Shown: in pieces, positions 9,143 to 18,508 of the stretch
Numbering within the stretch: the stretch's first letter is position 1
How the letters are laid out: every line of letters begins with the position of its first letter
Virus record (IMG/VR): IMGVR_UViG_3300042554_001750
From: a virus
Taxonomy: Duplodnaviria; Caudoviricetes
Strand: one strand, 5' to 3'
Length of the DNA stretch: 64,000 nucleotides
The notes under the pieces: model-generated
What the model saw: the letters and a program-made list of their open reading frames with translations, nothing else
Told to the model about the DNA's origin: nothing
Databases searched by the model: none
Position numbers and translations under genes: made by a program

Positions 9143-12100
9143 TTAGAATTGTATTACTGGGCTAGTGGGTGGTGTGAAGTTTGCAGTATAACGGGCCACG
9201 CCTCGGGTAATACGCACATCATCTAAATAACCATTTAAAGCTGCGTTATTAGTGGAACCGATAGTAAAGGGTATGTCTGTGCCTGATACCGGTGATCCTA
9301 CTATAGATGCAGTAGCTGATGAAACTCCGTTAATGTAAATAGCTAATGCTCCCCCATTGTTAACAAAAGCCAAATGATACCACTGTCCTGTTGCCAAAGC
9401 AGTGGTAGTTGTGAACGATTGTTGTGATCCCCTCCAGTAATAGAACCGTACTGTTCCGCCTGTGATAGGACCAAATGACCAATAATTACTAGAAGTAGTT
9501 GGATTCATGTTTCCGATTACTACGCTTTCGTTATTGCCGCCCTGGGTGAACGCATTCGCATAAATCCAATATTCTAAAGTAAAGTTACCTGAATACCAAT
9601 TCAAGAATGGTGCAAAATTATTTGACAAACTCAAATAATCTCCGGTGCCATCAAACGATAAACTGCTATTTCCGTACTTCTTGATTACCCCAGTAGTACT
9701 AGAATTGCCCAGTGTTTCGTATGTTGTGATCATGGCACTATCGTAGATGGCTGCACTGGTGCCGTTGACTTGTAAAACGGCGTTTGCATTGAATGACAAT
9801 GGTGCTACTGGTGGGGCGAAGTTACTGGTATACAGTGCTTGTCCTCTTAGTATACGAAGATTTGTTATGTATCCGTTAATGCTGCCACCGCTGGGCACAG
9901 AACCTACTCGCAATGCTCCTTGAGTTGTATAGTTTTGATCTGTAGTTGTGTTTGAACCAACTAGTACTCCGTTTTTGTACATAATGAATGTTGATCCACT
10001 TTTCATGATTGCCACATGAGTCCATTGATTTAACACGATGTTTGTTGGGTCTTGAACATTAATACTTCCAGCAGAAGTAAACCAGGATAATCTACTGTTA
10101 AAGAATGCCAATGCCCAACGGTTATTATACCCACCACTGGACGCAGCATCAGTCCAGGTTGTTGCCAAGGGAGCATAATTTGAAGGACTTGATGATAAGT
10201 AAAACCAGCATTCAATGGTAAAGTCGCCCGAAGATCCTAGGGTAAATGCTGGGTCGCTTGGCGTTAATAAAAAGTCACCAGTGCCATCAAAATACATGCT
10301 GCCACCGTAATTTGCGACACTGTAGGCTGCATTACTGCCAGTGGTACTAGTCCAGCCAAATGGGTTGAACTGAGTGGGCTGGCTGTTGCCGTTGGCAGTG
10401 ATCGTGAAGTTGTTGGTGCTGTTATCTACGAATGTGGCGTTTTGTAATGTCAATAAACTTGTATTGGCAATAGCAGTTAATGGTGTAGTACTTGGGGTAA
10501 AATTACTGGTATAGACTGCGGTGCCGTTGACCACTCTAAAGTTGCTAATGTATCCATTCACACTATGTGAAGCACTAAAGCCACTGCCACCTATTCTAAT
10601 TGTCCCAGTAGTAGTGCCAAAATTTGTTGAGTTGGTGGTGGTTGAACCCACCTGGGAGCCGTTCACGAATAATCTCAAAGATGTTCCTGATCTACTAACT
10701 GCTATGTGATTCCAGGCATTGGCGACTACCGCAGTAGTTGTAACTGCAACTATCGCGGCATTTCTTGCATCAAATTTTAATTGAGTTGCGCTCCAGTCGT
10801 AGCCAAATTCAGGAAAAGTTCCAGTATCATCCGGTCTTAGGAAAGCAGAGAAAGTGCCAGTGTTTGCCATGTAAGCCCAGAGTTCAATTGTAAAATCACT
10901 GGTGCCGAAGGCCAGCGAACTACCACCAGTATATGATAAACTGTCACCATTACCATCAAAGTAACCACTATAACTTGTGGGTGTGGTCAATGCGGGATTG
11001 AATGGATTAAAGCGTTGAATGCTTACATCACCGTTTCTTGTTATAGTAAAGTTGTTACCACTATCATCTACGAATCTGTTATCGGCACAAGTTAGCAATC
11101 TTGTATTAGCAATAGGTGTGAGCGGTGCAGTGGGTGGAGTAAAGGCAGTAGTGTAAACTGCTGTACCAATAACTATTCTATGATTTGAAATGTAGCCTGT
11201 AAAGTTAAATCCGCTTGGCATGCCCCCAATATAATTGGGTTGTGAAGTACTAAAAATTGAACTGGATCCCACATTAGTTGTGGTTCCTGCTACACCGTTT
11301 ATATATGGAGTAACTGTTGATCCATTTCTAACCAATGCTATATGATACCATGTATTTGCTGCAATATTTCCAAACGCAACACCAGAGGCAAGGTTCCAAG
11401 TAGTACCGTTGGAACTGAGATAATAATTTAATGTTCCGTTAGATGCAGTATAGATCGCCCAGTTAATTGTTGAGCCATCATATCCACAAAATGGTTGTTG
11501 TCCTGAAGCCACAGAATTAAAGTAAACCCATGCTTCAATGGTAAAATCACTATTGCTCAAGTATAAAGAACTACTGAAGGAAATACTCAAATAGTCACCA
11601 GTACCATCAAAATAATTACTCCAGCCACCACCATAGGGACTAAAACTTCCCTGTGTGGTGTTGCCGTTGCGGGTGATCAAGAAGTTATTGGTACTACTAT
11701 CCAAGAACATTGAATTGTTATTGGGCTGGTTGTTTTGTAGTGTTAGTAATTGAGTGTTTGCAACTGCGGTTAGTGGGGCAGCGGGTGGTGTAAATGAACT
11801 TGTATAAACTGCGGTACCTTTAACCAATCTGAAATCAGCCATGTAACCTGTATATAGTGTTTGACCGCTTTCAAATCCAATGTTTAGTGACCCTACAAAA
11901 TTAGTTGAATTTGAAGCTGTGCCCACGCTGACACCATTGACATATAATGTTATGGTATTACTGTTGCGTACTACTGCCACATGGTTCCAGGCATTGATGA
12001 CCACCGCATTATTTGCTGTAATCAGCAGGCTACCGCCATCAAACAAAGTAAAGCTATTTGTTGTATAAAGGAATAACCGTAAATTCGTGCCAACTGATCC

Positions 12101-13744
12101 GTACGAAAACAGATTTATATATCCTCCTGGGGCTGCGGCTATGTTGTACCAAAACTCTATAGTAAAGTTTCCTGAACCAGGTTGCAGATTTGCCTGGCCG
12201 GCCGGTAATGACAAATAATCCCCAGTGCCATCAAAATATCCTGAACCATAAGTGCTGTAAGCACTGACTGGTGCAAATGGATCAAACCCTGATACCAGTG
12301 TATCACCGTTGCGAGTAATAGTGAAGTTATTTGTGCTTGCGTCAATGAATCTGTTGCTTTGACATGTTAGCAGGGCCGTTTGTGTGCCTGTAATTACAGA
12401 GATATTTGTGCCTGAAGATTGTGTTGCAGCCAATGGTGAAGTTGGAGGTATAAACGATCCTGTGTAGACAGCGACACCTTTGACAATACGAAGGTTTGAT
12501 ATGTATCCGTTTACTTGCCTTGACACCAATGCGTTAGCGATATATAACAAACTAGCAGTCCCTGATGTTTGATTCCAGGAATTTGCTGTTGTTGATCTTT
12601 CTACACCATTTAAGTAAATTTTTGTAGTGCCTGATGATCTAACCAGTGCAACGTGATTCCAAGCATTCAATGAAATTAATGCGGCCGCTGTTTCTGTAAC
12701 AGGAGAATTAGGACTGTAACTTCCTGCATAAAATGTAATTGCCCCTGCATTCGTGAATCCAAATGAAATAGCATCAGTTGAGTATGTTCCTGCACCTTCT
12801 CTTACATCAACTACATTGTTAAATTCCTGAGGATAAGATACTAAATAAGCCCAAAACTCAATTGTGCAATTACTAGTTCCCAAAGCTAGAGTAGATCCAT
12901 ACGGAACTGTTAAAGAATCTCCGCTTGTATCAAAATATGCACTATAATATCCCGGTGTGTAGGGGCCAAAACTATTGGGTCGTGTATCGCCAAACACACT
13001 AACAGCAAAATTGTTTGTACTGGCATCAGTGACGAATGTACTACTGGGGTTAGCAGCACTCAACAATGTAGTAACATACTCAAAAAATTGATCACTTGCT
13101 GTAATCGTAATACTAAATGTTCTGGGACTTTCCTGAGCCTGAGCATCAATGGCTTCTATAGTAAAGTTGTAAGTGGTTTCAACTGTGATTCCAGTTACAG
13201 TGCCACTCAACAACCCACCACTGGTTAAAGTTAGTCCTGCGGGCAAACTACTGCCCGCTTGAAGTGCATATGTAACTGGAGCATCACCAGTAGCACTCAA
13301 TTGTATGCTAATTGCACTATCTACTTGCCCACTGGTTAATGTGCTACCAGTAACCCATGCGGGATCACCACTATAAGTCAGTCCATTAACCATGATAGCC
13401 ACGCTGCCAGTGTTTATGGTCACATAAACCACATATGTGCCAGCTGCCAGGGCTGGCACTTGAACATTCAGAGTGGTGCTATTTACAAAACCCACGCTAG
13501 TTGCAGGTGTACTACCAATTACAACTTGCGAACCAGCAGTAAAGTTAGTCCCAGTAATCTTGATATAACCACCACTGGTACTAACGGCTGTGTCATCTTT
13601 GACTACATACCCACTAGTGGTAATTTGTATTTGTGTGATTGTGGGAACTGCACTACCTTGCAAAGCATCAATTGTGCTCTGAGCAAGGTTAGTTGTCAGA
13701 ATCGTGTTACTTTGAATATTGGTGCTGGCTATTCTGGTAGTCAT
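9143..13744 (-). CDS. Paralogous virion/tail protein: IPT/TIG + He_PIG + six LamG modules
   Basis: Same architecture and near-identical linkers and C-terminus (RYTANFTPPTSPVIQF) as 4568..9097. Confidence 0.8.
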   Translation of the reverse strand: MTTRIASTNIQSNTILTTNLAQSTIDALQGSAVPTITQIQITTSGYVVKDDTAVSTSGGYIKITGTNFTAGSQVVIGSTPATSVGFVNSTTLNVQVPALAAGTYVVYVTINTGSVAIMVNGLTYSGDPAWVTGSTLTSGQVDSAISIQLSATGDAPVTYALQAGSSLPAGLTLTSGGLLSGTVTGITVETTYNFTIEAIDAQAQESPRTFSITITASDQFFEYVTTLLSAANPSSTFVTDASTNNFAVSVFGDTRPNSFGPYTPGYYSAYFDTSGDSLTVPYGSTLALGTSNCTIEFWAYLVSYPQEFNNVVDVREGAGTYSTDAISFGFTNAGAITFYAGSYSPNSPVTETAAALISLNAWNHVALVRSSGTTKIYLNGVERSTTANSWNQTSGTASLLYIANALVSRQVNGYISNLRIVKGVAVYTGSFIPPTSPLAATQSSGTNISVITGTQTALLTCQSNRFIDASTNNFTITRNGDTLVSGFDPFAPVSAYSTYGSGYFDGTGDYLSLPAGQANLQPGSGNFTIEFWYNIAAAPGGYINLFSYGSVGTNLRLFLYTTNSFTLFDGGSLLITANNAVVINAWNHVAVVRNSNTITLYVNGVSVGTASNSTNFVGSLNIGFESGQTLYTGYMADFRLVKGTAVYTSSFTPPAAPLTAVANTQLLTLQNNQPNNNSMFLDSSTNNFLITRNGNTTQGSFSPYGGGWSNYFDGTGDYLSISFSSSLYLSNSDFTIEAWVYFNSVASGQQPFCGYDGSTINWAIYTASNGTLNYYLSSNGTTWNLASGVAFGNIAANTWYHIALVRNGSTVTPYINGVAGTTTNVGSSSIFSTSQPNYIGGMPSGFNFTGYISNHRIVIGTAVYTTAFTPPTAPLTPIANTRLLTCADNRFVDDSGNNFTITRNGDVSIQRFNPFNPALTTPTSYSGYFDGNGDSLSYTGGSSLAFGTSDFTIELWAYMANTGTFSAFLRPDDTGTFPEFGYDWSATQLKFDARNAAIVAVTTTAVVANAWNHIAVSRSGTSLRLFVNGSQVGSTTTNSTNFGTTTGTIRIGGSGFSASHSVNGYISNFRVVNGTAVYTSNFTPSTTPLTAIANTSLLTLQNATFVDNSTNNFTITANGNSQPTQFNPFGWTSTTGSNAAYSVANYGGSMYFDGTGDFLLTPSDPAFTLGSSGDFTIECWFYLSSSPSNYAPLATTWTDAASSGGYNNRWALAFFNSRLSWFTSAGSINVQDPTNIVLNQWTHVAIMKSGSTFIMYKNGVLVGSNTTTDQNYTTQGALRVGSVPSGGSINGYITNLRILRGQALYTSNFAPPVAPLSFNANAVLQVNGTSAAIYDSAMITTYETLGNSSTTGVIKKYGNSSLSFDGTGDYLSLSNNFAPFLNWYSGNFTLEYWIYANAFTQGGNNESVVIGNMNPTTSSNYWSFGPITGGTVRFYYWRGSQQSFTTTTALATGQWYHLAFVNNGGALAIYINGVSSATASIVGSPVSGTDIPFTIGSTNNAALNGYLDDVRITRGVARYTANFTPPTSPVIQF

Positions 13745-13747
13745 TCA

Positions 13748-15772
13748 TCATACTCTTTTTAGTAAAGCCTTTAGTTCTTGTAATTCATCTGGATCGTTTT
13801 CTGTGACTACAGCTTGTGCATCAGTATTAATGAAATTTTCATTAGCACCAACTAACTTGCCCATTGCACCTTTTGGTCCTACCTTTTCGTATGGGCCTAA
13901 TTGACCTACACGCTTTTGGTTGGCGTCTAAATCCTCTTCCACATCAAGTTTACTTTTAATGTCACGCTTCATTGCATCACTATCTTGTTTGTGAAGTTTA
14001 CCTAATTTAGTTATTCTATTAGGTGACATGTTTTTACGCATTTGTCTAAACTCTAAGTCATCGTGACCCATTGAATGACCAGGTCTTGGGAAATGCATAC
14101 TAGGACCGTTAACAATGCTATCGGCAGTGCTGTCACCAAACTCTGCACGAATTTGTGCAATAATATCGTCAGAGTCCTCGTCACCCATATACTCAGGATC
14201 AGTTGCATCACTATATGCATCAATTAGGTCTTTAAGTCTTGCTTTTTTTTCTGAATCTAACCCTTCCGCCACACTTACTTCATCTAACTTGTCATACTTG
14301 GCACGGATCTTTGCCATTTTTTCTTTGCTAGCACCATCTCTACCTGCTTGACGCAATGCGTCCATACCTTCTTTACCATACTTCTTGTTACCAAGATATG
14401 CTTGTAGACCGCTTTCTTCAACTTCTTGTTCATCAATTTGATCTAAGCGTTTTGTCAATGCGGCTAAACCTTCTTTACCGCTGATGTTACGCTCTTTAGC
14501 TTTTTCTAAATCTTTTGTAGTTGTCTTCCAGTCAGGATCGCCACTTTGCTTACGCATAAATGCAGGCATTTGAGTTTTCTTGTGTGCAACTTCTGCATCG
14601 TCAGCTTCGTCTAAATCAAATGCATCTAATCTAGATTTTTCAGTTGCCTGATTGTGTGCTAATGTTTCTGCACCTGCAGCTTCATCTAATGGATTATCTT
14701 CTGCACCACCTTCGCCTGCGTCACCTGCTGTATAAACATCAGTTTCTTCGCTGGCTTCACCACCGTCGCCGCCTTCTAGCAAGTTATCTGCCCATTCTGC
14801 CAACTCACTAACTTCCTTCATCTCACCTAAGTTCTTACTTAGTTTGCTAAGAATTGGCATCACACTTTCAATTCTTGGATCTAGTGTTTCTTGTACGAAT
14901 AATTCGTTTAAATTAGATTCATCATTTTCAGTCTCCATTAATGTAGGAGTCCAGCTTTCAAAATATGCGTTGTATCCACGACTGCCGCGCATCTTGCTCA
15001 ATGACTCACGCAAACTTTGATAGTGACCAAGACCTGCTTCAACTAATTTCTGAGCACTTTCATTGAACTGATTGCCGCGAACAGCACGGACAAAGCCTGC
15101 CATCTTACTATATTCTTCACAAAGGCTCTTGATATGATTCCAACGCTCATCGTTTGGTATTCCGCCTTCTGCCAAATGTCTAGCATAAACTTGTGCGATT
15201 CCTGGACGAGTAGTTGGGGCTAATATTCTTTCACCTTGACTATTCTCTAAAAAGATTTTAGCAATATTTCTAAATCTTTGTTCGCCTTCTTGTATTTGGC
15301 GTGTGTGCTGTAGTACAATTTTAACAGTAGGAATTGCATCATTGTAGCTAGCACTTTTACCCATTGGGTAGTATCCCTCAGAAATTTTTTCTTTTTGCTT
15401 CATATATTCCCTCTTAGACATATCATCAGATAAGCGGTCTTGGTTAATTGTTTGAAATCCTAATTGACGGCGTTGCGCCCATTTTTTCAATTGTATTAAA
15501 AAATCCATGAAACTTTTAGGATTCATGTCATCTTCTTTTAATGTGTTTAGTAACTTGTTATCGTAATATACTTTTAATTGTTGATTACCATCAACTGTCA
15601 CCCATGCAGGTCCGATTTCTTTACCATCTTGTTTGTAGGTAAATTTAATCACATCTGCATCATCACTAACTGGAATCGTCTCTCCCTTACTATTTTTTGG
15701 AACAGGATCAAATCCTTGAACTTTCAGTAGGTCGTATAGACGGTTGTTTAAAGAATTATTGCTAATTGGCAT
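13748..15772 (-). CDS. Large hypothetical protein next to terminase, acidic low-complexity C-terminal half; possible head/core protein
   Basis: 674 aa ORF preceded by ATAAATA at 15780-15786. Confidence 0.6.
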   Translation of the reverse strand: MPISNNSLNNRLYDLLKVQGFDPVPKNSKGETIPVSDDADVIKFTYKQDGKEIGPAWVTVDGNQQLKVYYDNKLLNTLKEDDMNPKSFMDFLIQLKKWAQRRQLGFQTINQDRLSDDMSKREYMKQKEKISEGYYPMGKSASYNDAIPTVKIVLQHTRQIQEGEQRFRNIAKIFLENSQGERILAPTTRPGIAQVYARHLAEGGIPNDERWNHIKSLCEEYSKMAGFVRAVRGNQFNESAQKLVEAGLGHYQSLRESLSKMRGSRGYNAYFESWTPTLMETENDESNLNELFVQETLDPRIESVMPILSKLSKNLGEMKEVSELAEWADNLLEGGDGGEASEETDVYTAGDAGEGGAEDNPLDEAAGAETLAHNQATEKSRLDAFDLDEADDAEVAHKKTQMPAFMRKQSGDPDWKTTTKDLEKAKERNISGKEGLAALTKRLDQIDEQEVEESGLQAYLGNKKYGKEGMDALRQAGRDGASKEKMAKIRAKYDKLDEVSVAEGLDSEKKARLKDLIDAYSDATDPEYMGDEDSDDIIAQIRAEFGDSTADSIVNGPSMHFPRPGHSMGHDDLEFRQMRKNMSPNRITKLGKLHKQDSDAMKRDIKSKLDVEEDLDANQKRVGQLGPYEKVGPKGAMGKLVGANENFINTDAQAVVTENDPDELQELKALLKRV

Positions 15773-15785
15773 AGTATTGTATTTA

Positions 15786-16844
15786 TCAACTAATTACGGC
15801 AAAGAAGGGCAGAGGAGCAATGATTTCATCATGATCCTTGATTTGTGCTTCTAAATTATAATGATAATCACTCAATTGCTGTAAAATTCTGACTACAAGA
15901 AGTGCGGCCATGACCAAATCGTCGGTATCCCCGATTTTAGCTGCATAGCTGCCACCATTAGCTATAAAGCTTTTAAGTTCACTAATCAATGATTTACTAT
16001 GAACCTTCATTTTTTTGCTTTCTAGCAATGTTTTAAATTTAGCACATGCAGCTAGTTTTACCTTTTGTGTAGTATTGAAACCTTTGCGCTTTTTACCGGG
16101 CTCGGACAAAAAGATGCCAGGAATGTTACTTTCACCGTATTCATTCAATGAAATTAGTGCGGCTTCACCTATACTATTATTTTCTATACTGTAATAAAGA
16201 CTGTTAGGTTCATTAGTGCATTCTACAATATATTTGTTGATATCTGCTATAAGTTTGATTTGACTAGGAATGTCAGTTTTATTATGCTTCCATTCTCCTA
16301 TTTGCGTAGTAGTATTTGCTTCAAATATTTGTATAGCTGATGGATCACCGCCGGTGCCCAAGCTTGGATCTAGCCCTACAACATATATATTACCTTTCTC
16401 GGGTTTCTTATACCATCGGATTTGACCCATTCTATGAATAGGCTCTACACCTTCTAATTGAATTAAAGTATTAGGATTGATTAATGTTTCATCTGCAATA
16501 ATAAATTCGCAATTGGAACATAGTATCCCGTTGGCATAGAATCTTCTATTAGTTCCAACATTCACAAGGTCATATACTATTTCAATAGCATTTTCCTTTA
16601 CTGATAATACCTTTTGCAAACCAGTTACTGTTCTGACCTGAATTCCTGGTGTAAGCTGTTCTGCTTTTAATTTTGTAAAAGAATCTGTAAATACCTCATG
16701 ATCAGGAGTCAGAGTTAATTGAGTATTTTCTAAATTTACTATTATAGTATGCATAGCTCCTTTGTTAACAAGACCTTCAAATGTCTGCCAACCGGTATCC
16801 GTCAACACTTCTAAACCTAATTTATTTTTTAGTAATTCTACCAT
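15786..16844 (-). CDS. terL: Terminase large subunit C-terminal (nuclease) fragment fused behind the C-terminal part of a split intein
   Basis: After residue 111: CEFIIADETLI, VGLDPSLGTGGD, IENN, DDLVMA gp17 nuclease motifs. Confidence 0.9.
   Translation of the reverse strand: MVELLKNKLGLEVLTDTGWQTFEGLVNKGAMHTIIVNLENTQLTLTPDHEVFTDSFTKLKAEQLTPGIQVRTVTGLQKVLSVKENAIEIVYDLVNVGTNRRFYANGILCSNCEFIIADETLINPNTLIQLEGVEPIHRMGQIRWYKKPEKGNIYVVGLDPSLGTGGDPSAIQIFEANTTTQIGEWKHNKTDIPSQIKLIADINKYIVECTNEPNSLYYSIENNSIGEAALISLNEYGESNIPGIFLSEPGKKRKGFNTTQKVKLAACAKFKTLLESKKMKVHSKSLISELKSFIANGGSYAAKIGDTDDLVMAALLVVRILQQLSDYHYNLEAQIKDHDEIIAPLPFFAVIS
16512..16844 (-). mobile_element. Split intein C-fragment (IntC, 111 aa)
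   Basis: Block B TPDH, block F VYDL, block G ILCSN followed by +1 Cys (CEFI). Confidence 0.9.
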
Positions 16845-17496
16845 ATACGAACCCCTCAGGTTGAGATCCTTCCCTAAATTGACGATTTTCTACTCCATTA
16901 TTAAACCACTTCAATCCTTTTCTTGATTGGTTGGTTATCAATCGTCCTGCGTTAAATCCAGCCGGTATAGTATCCCCATAAAATTCATTGACCCCATTGT
17001 TATACCATTTTTTACCCAGGTTTATGCCTACTCTGCCCTTTTGAGCAACGCTTATATTCTTACACCTAATAGGATCTTTTAAATAATTATAGTAGTTTGG
17101 GTTGAATCTTGCTTTGCGCTGAGATTCTCTCTCGTCATCTGACCATAATGTTCCTTTATTACGGCCACCGTGACCAGGTAATCTTAACCCCTTATTCCAC
17201 GGAATACTATTTGTAGTTCCTTCTCCGCCGTCAGTTCTATTTCTTAATATACCCGTACCTAAATCTTTTCTACCGTATAACTGTATCATTTGGCATTCTA
17301 ATGAAATAGCTTCTACTTCCGTAAGTCCCTGTTCTAATATAACAATGTTTTTATATAAAGGTCGTTTAATATTTTCATGTAATTGCCAGGCACGTTTATT
17401 TTTGCCTTTGCCAATGTAATAAGGTGTTCCATTTTCCCTCAGATATGCATAAACATAATATCCGTCAGGAATTTTGTGCGGTGAATAAATAGTCAT
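16822..17496 (-). CDS. Free-standing GIY-YIG homing endonuclease between the two terminase/intein halves
   Basis: YVYAY...PYYIGKG; two C-terminal W(Y/F)NNG...GF..GR repeats; GAGGAG RBS. Confidence 0.9.
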   Translation of the reverse strand: MTIYSPHKIPDGYYVYAYLRENGTPYYIGKGKNKRAWQLHENIKRPLYKNIVILEQGLTEVEAISLECQMIQLYGRKDLGTGILRNRTDGGEGTTNSIPWNKGLRLPGHGGRNKGTLWSDDERESQRKARFNPNYYNYLKDPIRCKNISVAQKGRVGINLGKKWYNNGVNEFYGDTIPAGFNAGRLITNQSRKGLKWFNNGVENRQFREGSQPEGFVYGRITKK

Positions 17497-17554
17497 GCTG
17501 ATTGCTCCTCTATAGCGTTAGAGTAGTTGGGGATTGCCGTCCCGCGAACTACAC
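17497..17554 (-). promoter_or_regulatory. Late-promoter motif and structured leader of the endonuclease gene
   Basis: ATAAATA 17548-17554 then GTAGTT-CGC-GGGA-CGGCAA-TCCC-C-AACTAC stem-loop. Confidence 0.55.
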
Positions 17555-17556
17555 TT

Positions 17557-17658
17557 TTATTTATCACCATTTAGCATTTTCTCCAATTCTGCCATGGTAG
17601 CAGTAATAATATTACCGGATGAATCTCTAAGAGTCATTCTGGTACTTGGTGCAAAACA
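17557..17658 (-). mobile_element. Split intein N-fragment (IntN, 33 aa)
   Basis: Begins with Cys1 of block A (CFAPSTRMTL) right after REIG; stop after 33 residues. Confidence 0.85.
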
Positions 17659-18480
17659 ACCAATTTCTCGGTTAAATCTATCTTCACCCAACTGGGCTTT
17701 CATTTCATCAGCCCATTTCTGATCACGACCGGGCTGTTCATTCCAATAAGCCCGATATGATTTAAAGCCGTTAATTCCTAGTTCAGTTTCATTTCCATAC
17801 TCATCTAGTGTTTTGTTGGCACCTTTCCAAATCAATGCAAATTGATCTTCATCACTGTTTGGAGTACTTGTAATAATTGCTTTACCACCAGTAGATAAGG
17901 TAGGCGTGATAGAAGTCCAAAATAATTCAGCAATGGAAGGTCTAACGAATGCAAACTCGTCTAAGTATAGCAATGAAATAGACATACCACGACCTGTATT
18001 TTCTGTCGTGGTTGCTGACACGATTCTAGAACCATTCTCAAAATCGAGGGACCCTTTATTATAAGTAGTCACGCCTGCCTTAATATGATCGGGACAGTTT
18101 TCATATGCATAGCGAATACGCTGCATAATTTCCTGTGCGCCGGTGTACTTATGTGCCGCAATAAGAATTGTACTGTCTGGTACAAACATAGCATACCACA
18201 ATAGATATCCAGCTGCACTTGTTGACTTACCACTCTGTCGTGGCATCAATGAAATAGAATATCTATAATTGTGATATGTGTGAATTAACTTTTTTTGATA
18301 ATCCCATGGGTGATACAACATACTGCCCTTAGTAGGATGTTGAATATAAAAGAAGTTATCCATAAAATATAGATAACCGGTATCAGGATCACAACACTTG
18401 ATAAAGTCCTGTAGTTCTTTATCCGTCTTAAAGACAGTTTTGGTGTATGGATCCTTAACTAAGGAAGGTGCGTTACTCAT
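17557..18480 (-). CDS. terL: Terminase large subunit N-terminal (ATPase) fragment ending in the N-part of a split intein
   Basis: Walker A PRQSGKS, Walker B LYLDEFAF, TSTPN; ends REIG|CFAPSTRM... Confidence 0.92.
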   Translation of the reverse strand: MSNAPSLVKDPYTKTVFKTDKELQDFIKCCDPDTGYLYFMDNFFYIQHPTKGSMLYHPWDYQKKLIHTYHNYRYSISLMPRQSGKSTSAAGYLLWYAMFVPDSTILIAAHKYTGAQEIMQRIRYAYENCPDHIKAGVTTYNKGSLDFENGSRIVSATTTENTGRGMSISLLYLDEFAFVRPSIAELFWTSITPTLSTGGKAIITSTPNSDEDQFALIWKGANKTLDEYGNETELGINGFKSYRAYWNEQPGRDQKWADEMKAQLGEDRFNREIGCFAPSTRMTLRDSSGNIITATMAELEKMLNGDK

Positions 18481-18508
18481 AGTGAGTATTTATTTGGGCA
18501 TTAACCTA

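Noticed and set aside
4568-13744. Diversity-generating retroelement (TR/VR)
   Set aside because: No reverse transcriptase in window; paralog differences are not adenine-specific and extend over whole domains
16822-17556. Group I intron interrupting terL
   Set aside because: Only ~60 non-coding nt, no room for P3-P9 core; both flanks carry intein motifs and their own stop/start, fitting protein trans-splicing
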